Assembly: GCA_016278615.1 (NCBI GenBank)
Contig: JADQBM010000029.1
Location: 22,668 to 86,667, forward strand
Reading direction: 5' to 3'
Origin: Clostridia bacterium
GTDB lineage: Bacteria; Bacillota; Clostridia; Peptostreptococcales; JAAYPU01
Length of the DNA stretch: 64,000 nucleotides
Shown: positions 54,490 to 63,150 of the stretch, one piece after another
How positions within the stretch are numbered: the first letter of the stretch is position 1
How the letters are laid out: every line of letters begins with the position of its first letter
The notes under the pieces: generated by a model
The model's database searches: none
Told to the model about the DNA's origin: nothing
What the model saw: only the letters and a program-made list of their open reading frames with translations
Made by a program: the position numbers and the translations under genes

Positions 54490-55761
54490 CTATTCTATAA
54501 CAATAACAATGGTTTTTCCAATTTCTACCCAATCATATAGGAATTTGGCATGAGAGGTATAATTTCTGACACATCTATGAGATAAAGGTGTAGTTCCAAT
54601 GGTACTGGTGTACTCAATATGCCCAGGGTCGATTCTTTTTTTTCCTGTTATCTTATAGTTTACGGGAATACCATGTATATAAGTTCCTCCTGTAAATCTC
54701 ACTGCATAGGGCGCATATCCTGCTATGACTTTTGTTACATCATTTAAATAGATAAATTTTTCTCTTTTTTCTATTACATAATAATACCCAAGGGGTGTTT
54801 CTATTTTGTACTTTGCATTTGCTCCTGTAGTAGCAAGGGTATAGGATACCAATACCCACTTTTGATTCGTTTTTTCAAAGACACCTTCGTTTTGATTATT
54901 TCTATCTATTATAACAATTTTTTTTAATTCATTAAGGCTTTGTGATTTCAAATAGACCTTCGGCACCCAGCATTGCAACCCATTATTTTCTACAAGCACC
55001 TTATAATAGCCGTTAACATCGTCAAGCACTCTTAACAAAGAACCGTCTTCAATATAAATGAAGTTCTCTTTATTTGATAAGGAGAAGTATCCCGGCGCAC
55101 TTTGTGCCCTTCTATTTCCATAATCATCGTATACTCTCCCTTTATTCCTTGGTGGATATCCAGCTCTATTTTTATAATTGTTCACATAAGTAATCCTTCC
55201 CAATTGGGCCTCAGCCTCCATTTTTTCAATTTCTGAGTACATCTTGTCAAATTGAAACTTTCTCATTTCTACTACAGAAGACAAAATAAATCCAAATTGC
55301 TGTTCCTCATTTTGCCACCAATAGACATGGTACCATACATCACTCCCATATTTTTCGATATACTCGCCTTTAACCGTTTCATATAAATTCAGTTTCTCAT
55401 ACATGCTTGCAGTTCTTATAACATTTCCTGAAAGTGCGGGTGATTCTCGAATATTGACTTCTCCCTTATTGGCTACTATGTAATCATAGTTTATAAAATA
55501 TTTATCATATTTCAAACTTACTTCTATCTCTTCTGGAATCAAAGTCCCACTGTCTTCCAGCATAATGCTCTCTTGTAATAAATCTTTCTCCTCTGTTTCT
55601 TCCTGGGCTGTTTCTTCCTTTATTATTTCTTCCTCGGTTATTTCTTCGTCCGTTACAACAGTTACAACCACCTCTAAGTCATGAGATTTATCTTTGCTCT
55701 CTAATGCAAAGCAACTTGAAAAAGAAAAAATACACATTATTACTAAAAAAATTTTTTTCAT
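54490..55761 (-). CDS. L,D-transpeptidase with N-terminal SH3-like domains
   Basis: Signal peptide. C-terminal YkuD-like YIHGIP..TPLSHRCVRN. SH3b-like segment GEVNIRESPALSGNVI. Confidence 0.7.
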   Translation of the reverse strand: MKKIFLVIMCIFSFSSCFALESKDKSHDLEVVVTVVTDEEITEEEIIKEETAQEETEEKDLLQESIMLEDSGTLIPEEIEVSLKYDKYFINYDYIVANKGEVNIRESPALSGNVIRTASMYEKLNLYETVKGEYIEKYGSDVWYHVYWWQNEEQQFGFILSSVVEMRKFQFDKMYSEIEKMEAEAQLGRITYVNNYKNRAGYPPRNKGRVYDDYGNRRAQSAPGYFSLSNKENFIYIEDGSLLRVLDDVNGYYKVLVENNGLQCWVPKVYLKSQSLNELKKIVIIDRNNQNEGVFEKTNQKWVLVSYTLATTGANAKYKIETPLGYYYVIEKREKFIYLNDVTKVIAGYAPYAVRFTGGTYIHGIPVNYKITGKKRIDPGHIEYTSTIGTTPLSHRCVRNYTSHAKFLYDWVEIGKTIVIVIE

Positions 55762-55929
55762 TTACTCACCTGCACAATCTATACTTATCGTTAATTAATA
55801 TGAAAAAAAAGCTGTCTTAATAACCGTCTAACACGATTATTCTGAAATTTAACAGATTCTATGAGGTCAATTCGAATGATTCTTGCAAGAATGCAGTATG
55901 TAACAATTACAGTGTTTCCATCTTTTTAA

Positions 55930-56826
55930 TGTAATTCTTTAGCAATAGGTGCTATGGTGGCTTTTGCTGAAGCCATTAATGAAAGCGGCTATGAACCTGA
56001 TAGAACGATTGTCTTTTGCGCTTTTGACTCTGAAGAATTTGGTGCAATGGATGTAGGTACAGATTGGTTGGTTGGATCTTGGAATCTATTAAAAGAGAAG
56101 AGTGATGATTGAGCGGCATACGGATCCTGAAGTAACTGAAACCTTCTATCATTCTCAGTTTGATACCGAAGAAAGAGCTTCTATTGATAAATATAAAGAG
56201 TGTTTATCAACTTATGGAAGCTTGTTGATTAAAATCGTCTGATTACTAAGCTATTGGACGAGGCCCTTTCTTCAGGCAAGGATCTCAGCACTGTAGAGAG
56301 CTTAATTGCTGATTATAATCAAGGTCAAAGGGATGCTGCAAAAACAATCATTATGGGTACTCAATACTTAGACGTTGAATCAGTTGCTTATCAAGCACAT
56401 TACTATGCAAACCTTCCTCAAATGTTTGATACAGCCATAAGCGCATTAAATGATGGCGACGCAGCAGCAGCCATTTCTGCATTAAAGCTTAGTGGCAAAT
56501 ATTATTCAGAGTTTCTTGATAAAGAAACTTGGTACAAAACCTATCAAGACAGTATTGTTTTAGATGCTCCAGATAGAGAAATTCTCTGGGCAAAAGGCAG
56601 AAAGTTAAAAGCTTATGATCATTATGATTTATTTGAAAGCTTAAGAGCAAAAGCTGAAAATGGAAGAACTGACTTTGCTGATGAAATAGAGACACTTCAA
56701 ACCTTTAAAGTAGATGCTTTACAAAGAGTCGCATCAAGTTATGCATCGGATAAAGCTGTTTTTGAGAAAGCATCAAAAGAGCTTCCTTTAACCCTCGCCG
56801 ATGAATTGATTGAAGCCCTTAAATAA
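55930..56826 (+). pseudogene. Decayed M28B (PA/transferrin-receptor-like) peptidase gene: 5'-truncated, two frame breaks, internal deletion
   Basis: Three fragments in three frames. 55942-56112: AIGAMVAFAEAINESGYEPDRTIVFCAFDSEEFGAMDVGTDW, the M28 metal-ligand region. 56114-56242: ETFYHSQFDTEE, matching the YHS..ET motif of GCPII-type enzymes. 56254-56826: a helical TFR-dimer-like tail. No N-terminal half is present. Confidence 0.65.
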
Positions 56827-56827
56827 A
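56785..56827 (+). repeat. 43-nt direct repeat, left copy (3' end of the M28B pseudogene)
   Basis: CCTTTAACCCTCGCCGATGAATTGATTGAAGCCCTTAAATAAA. It matches the right copy at 63049-63091 at 41 of 43 positions. Confidence 0.9.
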
Positions 56828-56850
56828 TAACTAGAAAATAATATTTTACC

Positions 56851-56886
56851 AAAAAAGTCCTGAAAATTTTTTCAGGACTTTTTTAG
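56851..56886 (+). terminator. Terminator after the M28B pseudogene
   Basis: AAAAAAGTCCTGAAAA/TTTTCAGGACTTTTTT. Confidence 0.7.
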
Positions 56887-57118
56887 CTTAACAACGTCCC
56901 CTCGTATAATGTATTGACTGCTCCTAGTTGGCCTTGTCTTTCTCCTTCTTATTTTAGCCAAGACATATGCATTGCATACTTATTCTTGTTTAACATCGAA
57001 CCCTTATCAAAGGATTAAGTTTCTTGTTTTAATAGTATAATCACCCGAATGGGTGATAGTTTTTAAAGCTGATATTGATTAGAATTAGAGAAGATATAAG
57101 ATATCGAAAGGAGAATAA

Positions 57119-60100
57119 ATGATGTGCATGAATTGGAAATATTCTAAATCGATAAGCATGACTCTAATTTTCATGATGGTTTTTTCATTATTAATTACTA
57201 TCAGCTATGGTGAGGACTTAAATCAATCTGTAGATTTAGCCCAAAATGATGGACCACAAAACATCGAAGAAGTAAATATGAGCGATATTAGTAACCATTG
57301 GGGATATGAAGCAATATCCAAATGGGTGGATAAAAATCTGATTTCAGGATATCCTGACGGGACATTTAAACCAGACGGCAAAATTACAAGAGCAGAGTTG
57401 TTAACTTTAATAAATAGACTATATGGGTTTTATGAAACATCAGATAAAAACTATAGTGATGTAGCTGAGGATGATTGGTACTATGATGAAGTAAGCATTG
57501 CGAAGAAAAATATGTATTTAGATTGGTACAAAGAAAAAGCGTTTTATCCCAATAAAAAAATCACTAGACAAGAAGCATGTGCAATCTTATCAGCTATAAA
57601 CAACTTGGATTTATTGCAGGAATCAGCATCTATGCAGGCTTATTCAGATTATGCTAGCATTCCGGAGTGGAGCAGAGAATATATAGATGCAGTTGTTAGT
57701 AAAGGATACATAAAAGGCTATGAAGATAAAACTTTAAGACCAGAAGGAGAGATCACCAGAGCAGAGGCGGTCACAATGCTGGATAGGGTTATAGGAAAAT
57801 TGATCAATAAAGAAGGAACGTATGGTCCTGAAGAAGGACAACAAATTATTGAGAGTAATCTTACAATAAACAGTAAAGATGTTATATTACAAAACACTAT
57901 CGTAAAAGGAGATTTAATACTTGCTGCTGGAGTCAAAGAAGGAAATGTTGATTTGCAAAATGTCATTGTTGAAGGTAAAACTATTATAAATGGTGGCGGA
58001 GAAAATTCAATTACATTTGACAGCAGTGTTCTAGGAGAAATCATTGTCTTTAAAGTCAATGGAATGATTCGAGTGGTATCAAAAGATAGTGAAATAGGTA
58101 GATCAATACTAAAGTCCGGAGGGAAGTTGGAAGGACAATTTAATGATTCTAAAATTGAGATACTAGGTGATGGGCAAAAAATAGAATTGGATGGAGATTT
58201 TGATGAGATAAAGGTTGAAGCGGAAATAACAATAGAAGTTACAAATGATACAACAGTGAATGTTCTAGAAATCGCAAAAAATGGTAATGGGACACAAATT
58301 GATATTGAGAAGAATGCACAAGTTAGGGAGATTATATTTAATGAATCTGCAATAGTAACAGGTAAAGGAAATGTAATTATTGCTAAGATAAATGCAGATG
58401 AAGTTACTATGGAACAACAAGTTGAACAGAAAATAGTACAAAGTGGAGTTGACGGCAGCGGCGTAAAGGAAAAAACAAAAAGTACTGGTTCTTTTGGTGG
58501 CACTTCTAGGGATAATACCGCACCAACGCCAGGAAATAACGGAAACATTGATATAGAGTGTAGAACACAATCAGCTATACTAAGTTGGGTAGAAGCAACA
58601 GATAATAAAACGGATCAGAATGAATTAGAATATTTAGTTTATTATTCTGAAAATGACAATATAGATACAGTATCCGACATAGAATTAAACGGAGATGCTA
58701 TTGGAACTTATGAGGCTGATATAAGAACAAAATCAGCTATAGGGCTCACTTCTGATACAACATACTATTTCAATGTCATAGTAAAAGACGAATCAGGAAA
58801 TAAAAGCTCATATGAAAGCATTTATGCAAAGACGGATGCACTGGAAGATATGACTACACCAACTGTTAACACATATTTTCCGGTAGCTGATGCAAATGAC
58901 ATAGCAGCAGACAGCGATTTAGCACTAGAATTTAATGAAACTGTAGTAAAAGGAATCGGAAATATTACAGTCAAAAAATCAGATAATACTACAGTAGAAA
59001 CGATCAATGTCACATCAAGTGCTGTGACAATCAATTCTGATGAAGTAACCATTAATCTATCTAGCAATTTAGAATATGGAACAGGGTATTATATCTATAT
59101 TGATGCAGGTGCGTTTTTAGATTTGTCAGGAAATCAATATGCAGGTATAGATGATGCGACAGTCTGGAACTTTACTATAGAAACTGCGCCAGATACAGGT
59201 CCACCAACTGTGAACACATATTTCCCAGCTGATAATGCAAATGACATAGCAACAGACAGCGATTTAGTAGTAGAATTTAATGAAACTGTAGTAAAAGGAA
59301 TCGGAAATATTACAGTCAAAAAATCAGATAATACTACAGTAGAAACGATCAATGTCACATCAAGTGCTGTGACAATCAATTCTGATGAAGTAACCATTAA
59401 TCTATCTAGCAATTTAGAATATGGAACAGGATACTATATCCTTTTAAATGCAGGCGCATTTTTAGATTTATCAGGGAATACGTATGCAGGTATAGACGAT
59501 AGTGTAACATGGAATTTTACAGTTGTATCTTCAAAAGAAATGACAGGGGAAGGAACAAGTGATAATCCGTTTATTATTAACAGCATTGAAGATTTGGTAC
59601 TTGTAGGTAGTGGTGTGAATAGCGATGGCAATGATTATAGCTTTTCAGCATACTATGAATTAGGACGTGACCTAGACTTTGAAGCAACTGGAAGTTATGA
59701 ATCAGAAACTGTAAATACTTCCCTTACTAAAGCAGGTGGTGGCTCAGGCTTCACGCCTATAGGAAGTAATAGTGACGCATTCAATGGTTCTTTTGACGGC
59801 AAAGGTTATGTAATTTCCAACCTATATATGAATACATATAAATCAGGAGAAGTAAACTATGCTGCCTTATTTGGATATGTTATTAATGGGCAAATAAAGA
59901 ACTTGGGAATCGTAGATGCTGATATAACTGCAAGCGCATACAATCATAATCCTATATCAAGTATATTAGCTGGAGCTAATATTGGAGGGACTATCACAAA
60001 TTGCTATGTAACTGGTAATTCTAACGCTGTACGAACAGGTACAAGTGGAAGTAGCTATGCTAGTGGATTGATCGGTTCAAATGATGGTAGCATTACAAAC

Positions 60101-61258
60101 TGTTATGCGGAGGTAGATGTTGAATCTTCAGCTGGAACATATACTGCGTATGCAGGTGGATTGGTGGCTGCTTCTGGGGGCGGTAGCGTTATTAGTGATT
60201 GTTATTCTATGGGCGATGTGACAGTATCAGGTGGAAGCGTTGATGGTGGAGGTATTGCAGCATATAATCACGGTACAATAACACGCTGCTATTCCACTTG
60301 TGATATATCTGCCACAGGAACAGGCGGATTAAGAGTTGGAGGAATAGTTGGATACAATGGCAGTAACAGCATAACAAGTTCTATTGCATATAATAACACA
60401 TTAACAACTTCTACTACTGGAACCAGTTATATTGGCAGAGTTGTTGGAAATAATACAGCGACACTTTCCAATAACTATGCTAAAGAGAATATGATAGGTG
60501 GAGGCGGAACGGCTACCCATGACGACACTGGTGGTGCGGATATCTCGATGACACAATTAAATGAGATTAGTAGTTATGATAATACGGGTACTGCCCCAGA
60601 TCTTAACTGGGATTTTGATACCATATGGCAAATGGGTTTAGACAGACCAATAATTCGAGGTGTGGGAGACGATAATGGCGGATTACCTTTCAATTATTTA
60701 ATCAATGATGATTTTGAGGATGATACAGCAGGTTCTGCCCCTTCTGATTGGACTATAAAATATACACCGGTAACAGTATCTAATACAATTAGTAAAAATG
60801 GTAGTCATTCCCTAAGCCTTGATGGTGTAAATGGGTCAGCAGCAGCTTGCTATAAGCCAATTGATATTTCAGGATTAAACACCCTTATTTTTGAAGCTTT
60901 TCTATACCCGACTTCCGAACAAGAAAATGGGACTATGGAGTTTTCAAATAATTACGAAAACAGGAAATTAAGAGTGACGGTTTTAAATGGAAAAATACAA
61001 TACAGCACAAGCGCCCATGATAATAACAATTTAGTTGAGCTAGCAGATTATACCGTCAATACTTGGTATCATGTAAAAATAGTAACGGACTTAGTAGCAA
61101 AAACTTTTGATGTTTATACTGATGGTATAAAGCGAAATAATGATCCAATATCGCTAATTAATATGTTAACGCCACTAAATGCAGCAGGAATGTCTTCGGG
61201 TAACTCTGGTGGTAGTAACCTAATATACTTCGATGATGTCAAGGTATACGGTTATTAA
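57119..61258 (+). CDS. Giant cell-surface protein: signal peptide, 3 SLH domains, beta-helix region, FN3, 2 tandem Ig-like domains, GLUG-motif repeats, LamG-like C-terminus
   Basis: 1379 aa. SLH motifs (..ISGYPDGTFKPDGKITRAEL.., ..IKGYEDKTLRPEGEITRAEA..). Repeated GLUG-type segments (GGLVAASGGGSVISDCYSMGDV and others). C-terminal concanavalin-like domain. Confidence 0.9.
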   Translation: MMCMNWKYSKSISMTLIFMMVFSLLITISYGEDLNQSVDLAQNDGPQNIEEVNMSDISNHWGYEAISKWVDKNLISGYPDGTFKPDGKITRAELLTLINRLYGFYETSDKNYSDVAEDDWYYDEVSIAKKNMYLDWYKEKAFYPNKKITRQEACAILSAINNLDLLQESASMQAYSDYASIPEWSREYIDAVVSKGYIKGYEDKTLRPEGEITRAEAVTMLDRVIGKLINKEGTYGPEEGQQIIESNLTINSKDVILQNTIVKGDLILAAGVKEGNVDLQNVIVEGKTIINGGGENSITFDSSVLGEIIVFKVNGMIRVVSKDSEIGRSILKSGGKLEGQFNDSKIEILGDGQKIELDGDFDEIKVEAEITIEVTNDTTVNVLEIAKNGNGTQIDIEKNAQVREIIFNESAIVTGKGNVIIAKINADEVTMEQQVEQKIVQSGVDGSGVKEKTKSTGSFGGTSRDNTAPTPGNNGNIDIECRTQSAILSWVEATDNKTDQNELEYLVYYSENDNIDTVSDIELNGDAIGTYEADIRTKSAIGLTSDTTYYFNVIVKDESGNKSSYESIYAKTDALEDMTTPTVNTYFPVADANDIAADSDLALEFNETVVKGIGNITVKKSDNTTVETINVTSSAVTINSDEVTINLSSNLEYGTGYYIYIDAGAFLDLSGNQYAGIDDATVWNFTIETAPDTGPPTVNTYFPADNANDIATDSDLVVEFNETVVKGIGNITVKKSDNTTVETINVTSSAVTINSDEVTINLSSNLEYGTGYYILLNAGAFLDLSGNTYAGIDDSVTWNFTVVSSKEMTGEGTSDNPFIINSIEDLVLVGSGVNSDGNDYSFSAYYELGRDLDFEATGSYESETVNTSLTKAGGGSGFTPIGSNSDAFNGSFDGKGYVISNLYMNTYKSGEVNYAALFGYVINGQIKNLGIVDADITASAYNHNPISSILAGANIGGTITNCYVTGNSNAVRTGTSGSSYASGLIGSNDGSITNCYAEVDVESSAGTYTAYAGGLVAASGGGSVISDCYSMGDVTVSGGSVDGGGIAAYNHGTITRCYSTCDISATGTGGLRVGGIVGYNGSNSITSSIAYNNTLTTSTTGTSYIGRVVGNNTATLSNNYAKENMIGGGGTATHDDTGGADISMTQLNEISSYDNTGTAPDLNWDFDTIWQMGLDRPIIRGVGDDNGGLPFNYLINDDFEDDTAGSAPSDWTIKYTPVTVSNTISKNGSHSLSLDGVNGSAAACYKPIDISGLNTLIFEAFLYPTSEQENGTMEFSNNYENRKLRVTVLNGKIQYSTSAHDNNNLVELADYTVNTWYHVKIVTDLVAKTFDVYTDGIKRNNDPISLINMLTPLNAAGMSSGNSGGSNLIYFDDVKVYGY
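58857..59525 (+). repeat. In-frame 345-nt tandem duplication inside the SLH surface-protein gene (two Ig-like domains)
   Basis: Copy 1 is 58857-59180 and copy 2 is 59202-59525. 58926-59085 is identical base-for-base to 59271-59430 (160 nt). Confidence 0.95.
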
Positions 61259-61409
61259 AACCATGTATAGGTAAACCATAGTTTGATTGACTTTTGAAAA
61301 CTTCGGAGTTCAAGGCACGGCGAGAGTGAGTAGCGGAGCTTACTTCAGGTAAGTGAGCATTCTCACTTGAAGGCAGTAACGCAGGAATTCGGAGTTTTTC
61401 AACAGTCTG

Positions 61410-61440
61410 AAGTCCCAAGAATATTTCTTGGGACTTTATC
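61410..61440 (+). terminator. Hairpin after the SLH surface-protein gene
   Basis: AAGTCCCAAGAA-tat-TTCTTGGGACTT 12-bp perfect stem with a weak T-tract (TATCATT). Confidence 0.5.
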
Positions 61441-61469
61441 ATTGATTGATAAATATATAAGGAAGATTT

Positions 61470-62909
61470 TCAATTGGGGTATGCTTCCGTTTGGCTGTCT
61501 GTGCCAAATAATTGAATAAGCTGATATTTAGAGTTTATTTCTAATTTTCGATAGATATTTTTTATATGTGTTTTTACAGTGTTTTCACTAATAAATAATT
61601 CTGTAGATATTTGCTTATATGTACAACCTTTAAGAACGAAGGTTACAATTTCTTTTTCTCGTTCTGATAATTCAGATGTTAATGTATATGACTCAAAAAC
61701 ACTGTCTTGTTTGGGCATGCTTAGAGAGGAGAAAAATCTAAAGAAGGCATGATTGCTCAAGAGCTTAGACATTTGATGATTGAGTATGGGGAGTAAGAGT
61801 AATACCACAAAAAGAATACCAATTGAAAAAGCAGATACAAGAAGATGGTCCCCTTGAGATTTATGCATAATTGTCTGTCCAATTAACCCGCCACACCATA
61901 CACCAAATACATTTGTGCCTAATCCTAAGCCAAGGACTTTTGAAGGATTACGGGTATATTCGAAAAGATCACCCATTATGCGCCACCAGAAAAAATCAAA
62001 GACACCATAAGCGAAAAGTAAAGGCGTCATTATTAGAAAGAAACTTATTACTGTCTTGGGCAATAGAAAAAATCCAATATATGAAATGCCTAAAAAAAAC
62101 ATGCCCATATAAAGTGTATAAGCTTTATTTTCTCTAGTTGTAAACAATCTCATTATCAATAGTCCTAGCATGTAAGGTATATTTGTATAAACGCTTGAAA
62201 GCGTTTCGAATTCTCCAAAATAAGGATACACTACGGAGAACATGGTTCCAGAGGTTAAGGTAATGAGAAAAATAAAAAAATAAAATACAAGCATAGGATG
62301 GTATAAAGATCTTTGTAAAGATATACTTGTTCTCACAGAAGTGGATGAATCCATGCTAGCCTTAGGACCCGTTTCAAGTCTTAAAGTAAAATAGAAAGAA
62401 AGGAGTAACATAGATAGTATGAAAAAGAAGCCCCAATAACCAGACACCTTCATTGATAGGAAAGCGGCTATGGTGAGTACGATATTTGCGAGAATCAGTA
62501 CATCCGCAGATACTTTGCCTCGATCTTTTGGAATAGAGCAAAGTTTATAAAAAAATGCCCAGCTGGTAACGTAAGTGCCGGCAATAAAGGAAATTGGAAC
62601 GATAAGTAAATGCCAAATATTAGGACTGGCAAAGATTAATGCAAAGCTTCCTATAAAGCATGTTAGACTTGAATACAACATAATCTGCTTAGCCATAACA
62701 GAATTCTTTACAAAAAAAGCAGCCAGAAGAATCCCCGAAAAGTGAGCTGCAACTGTTGCATTATTCATCATAGTACCGTTAAAACCTAATTGATCTGCTA
62801 AACCATACAATACAGGACCCTCGTAGGGTAGTGACATAATCCATCCTAGAAAAAGTGCAAAGCTAATACGCATTATAATACTTTGCGTTAATTTCATATC
62901 TTTTTTCAC
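61470..62909 (-). CDS. Polytopic membrane protein with C-terminal LuxR-type HTH (one-component membrane regulator)
   Basis: About 400 aa of hydrophobic helices, then LSEREKEIVTFVLKGCTYKQISTELFISENTVKTHIKNIYRKL. Confidence 0.8.
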   Translation of the reverse strand: MKKDMKLTQSIIMRISFALFLGWIMSLPYEGPVLYGLADQLGFNGTMMNNATVAAHFSGILLAAFFVKNSVMAKQIMLYSSLTCFIGSFALIFASPNIWHLLIVPISFIAGTYVTSWAFFYKLCSIPKDRGKVSADVLILANIVLTIAAFLSMKVSGYWGFFFILSMLLLSFYFTLRLETGPKASMDSSTSVRTSISLQRSLYHPMLVFYFFIFLITLTSGTMFSVVYPYFGEFETLSSVYTNIPYMLGLLIMRLFTTRENKAYTLYMGMFFLGISYIGFFLLPKTVISFFLIMTPLLFAYGVFDFFWWRIMGDLFEYTRNPSKVLGLGLGTNVFGVWCGGLIGQTIMHKSQGDHLLVSAFSIGILFVVLLLLPILNHQMSKLLSNHAFFRFFSSLSMPKQDSVFESYTLTSELSEREKEIVTFVLKGCTYKQISTELFISENTVKTHIKNIYRKLEINSKYQLIQLFGTDSQTEAYPN

Positions 62910-63048
62910 CCAACCTTATCTATATCTCGTAATAATATCATTCTTTATTTACTTGAAATTTCCTCTAATTACTTTTAACTATTATAACAAGATTGTAGAT
63001 TTACGTAAAGCGAAAGTGATAGCAAAATAAATTTGATCAGAAAAACTA

Positions 63049-63091
63049 CCTTTGACCCTAGCCGATGAATTGATTGAAGCCCTTAAATAAA
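63049..63091 (+). repeat. 43-nt direct repeat, right copy (orphan gene 3' end)
   Basis: CCTTTGACCCTAGCCGATGAATTGATTGAAGCCCTTAAATAAA, followed by a 15-bp GC-rich terminator. Confidence 0.9.
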
Positions 63092-63110
63092 ACTTTTTAA
63101 GAAAGCCAAG

Positions 63111-63144
63111 AAGGCCAAGGGGACGTAAACGTCCCCTTGGCCTT
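63111..63144. terminator. GC-rich bidirectional terminator between the orphan repeat copy and the alcohol dehydrogenase gene
   Basis: AAGGCCAAGGGGACG-taaa-CGTCCCCTTGGCCTT 15-bp perfect stem followed by TATTATTT. Confidence 0.75.
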
Positions 63145-63150
63145 TATTAT

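Noticed and set aside
56886-57118. c-di-GMP riboswitch upstream of the large surface-protein gene, a common arrangement in clostridia
   Set aside because: I found none of the GEMM-I or class II conserved segments. Only a small hairpin (ATCACCC-gaat-GGGTGAT) and weak promoter-like hexamers are present.
57718-58548. 276-aa ORF antisense to the SLH surface-protein gene, and similar antisense ORFs at 58265-58570, 58822-59067, 59134-59412 and 59434-59631
   Set aside because: They are shadow ORFs on the opposite strand of a strongly supported, domain-rich CDS. Two of them merely mirror the tandem duplication.
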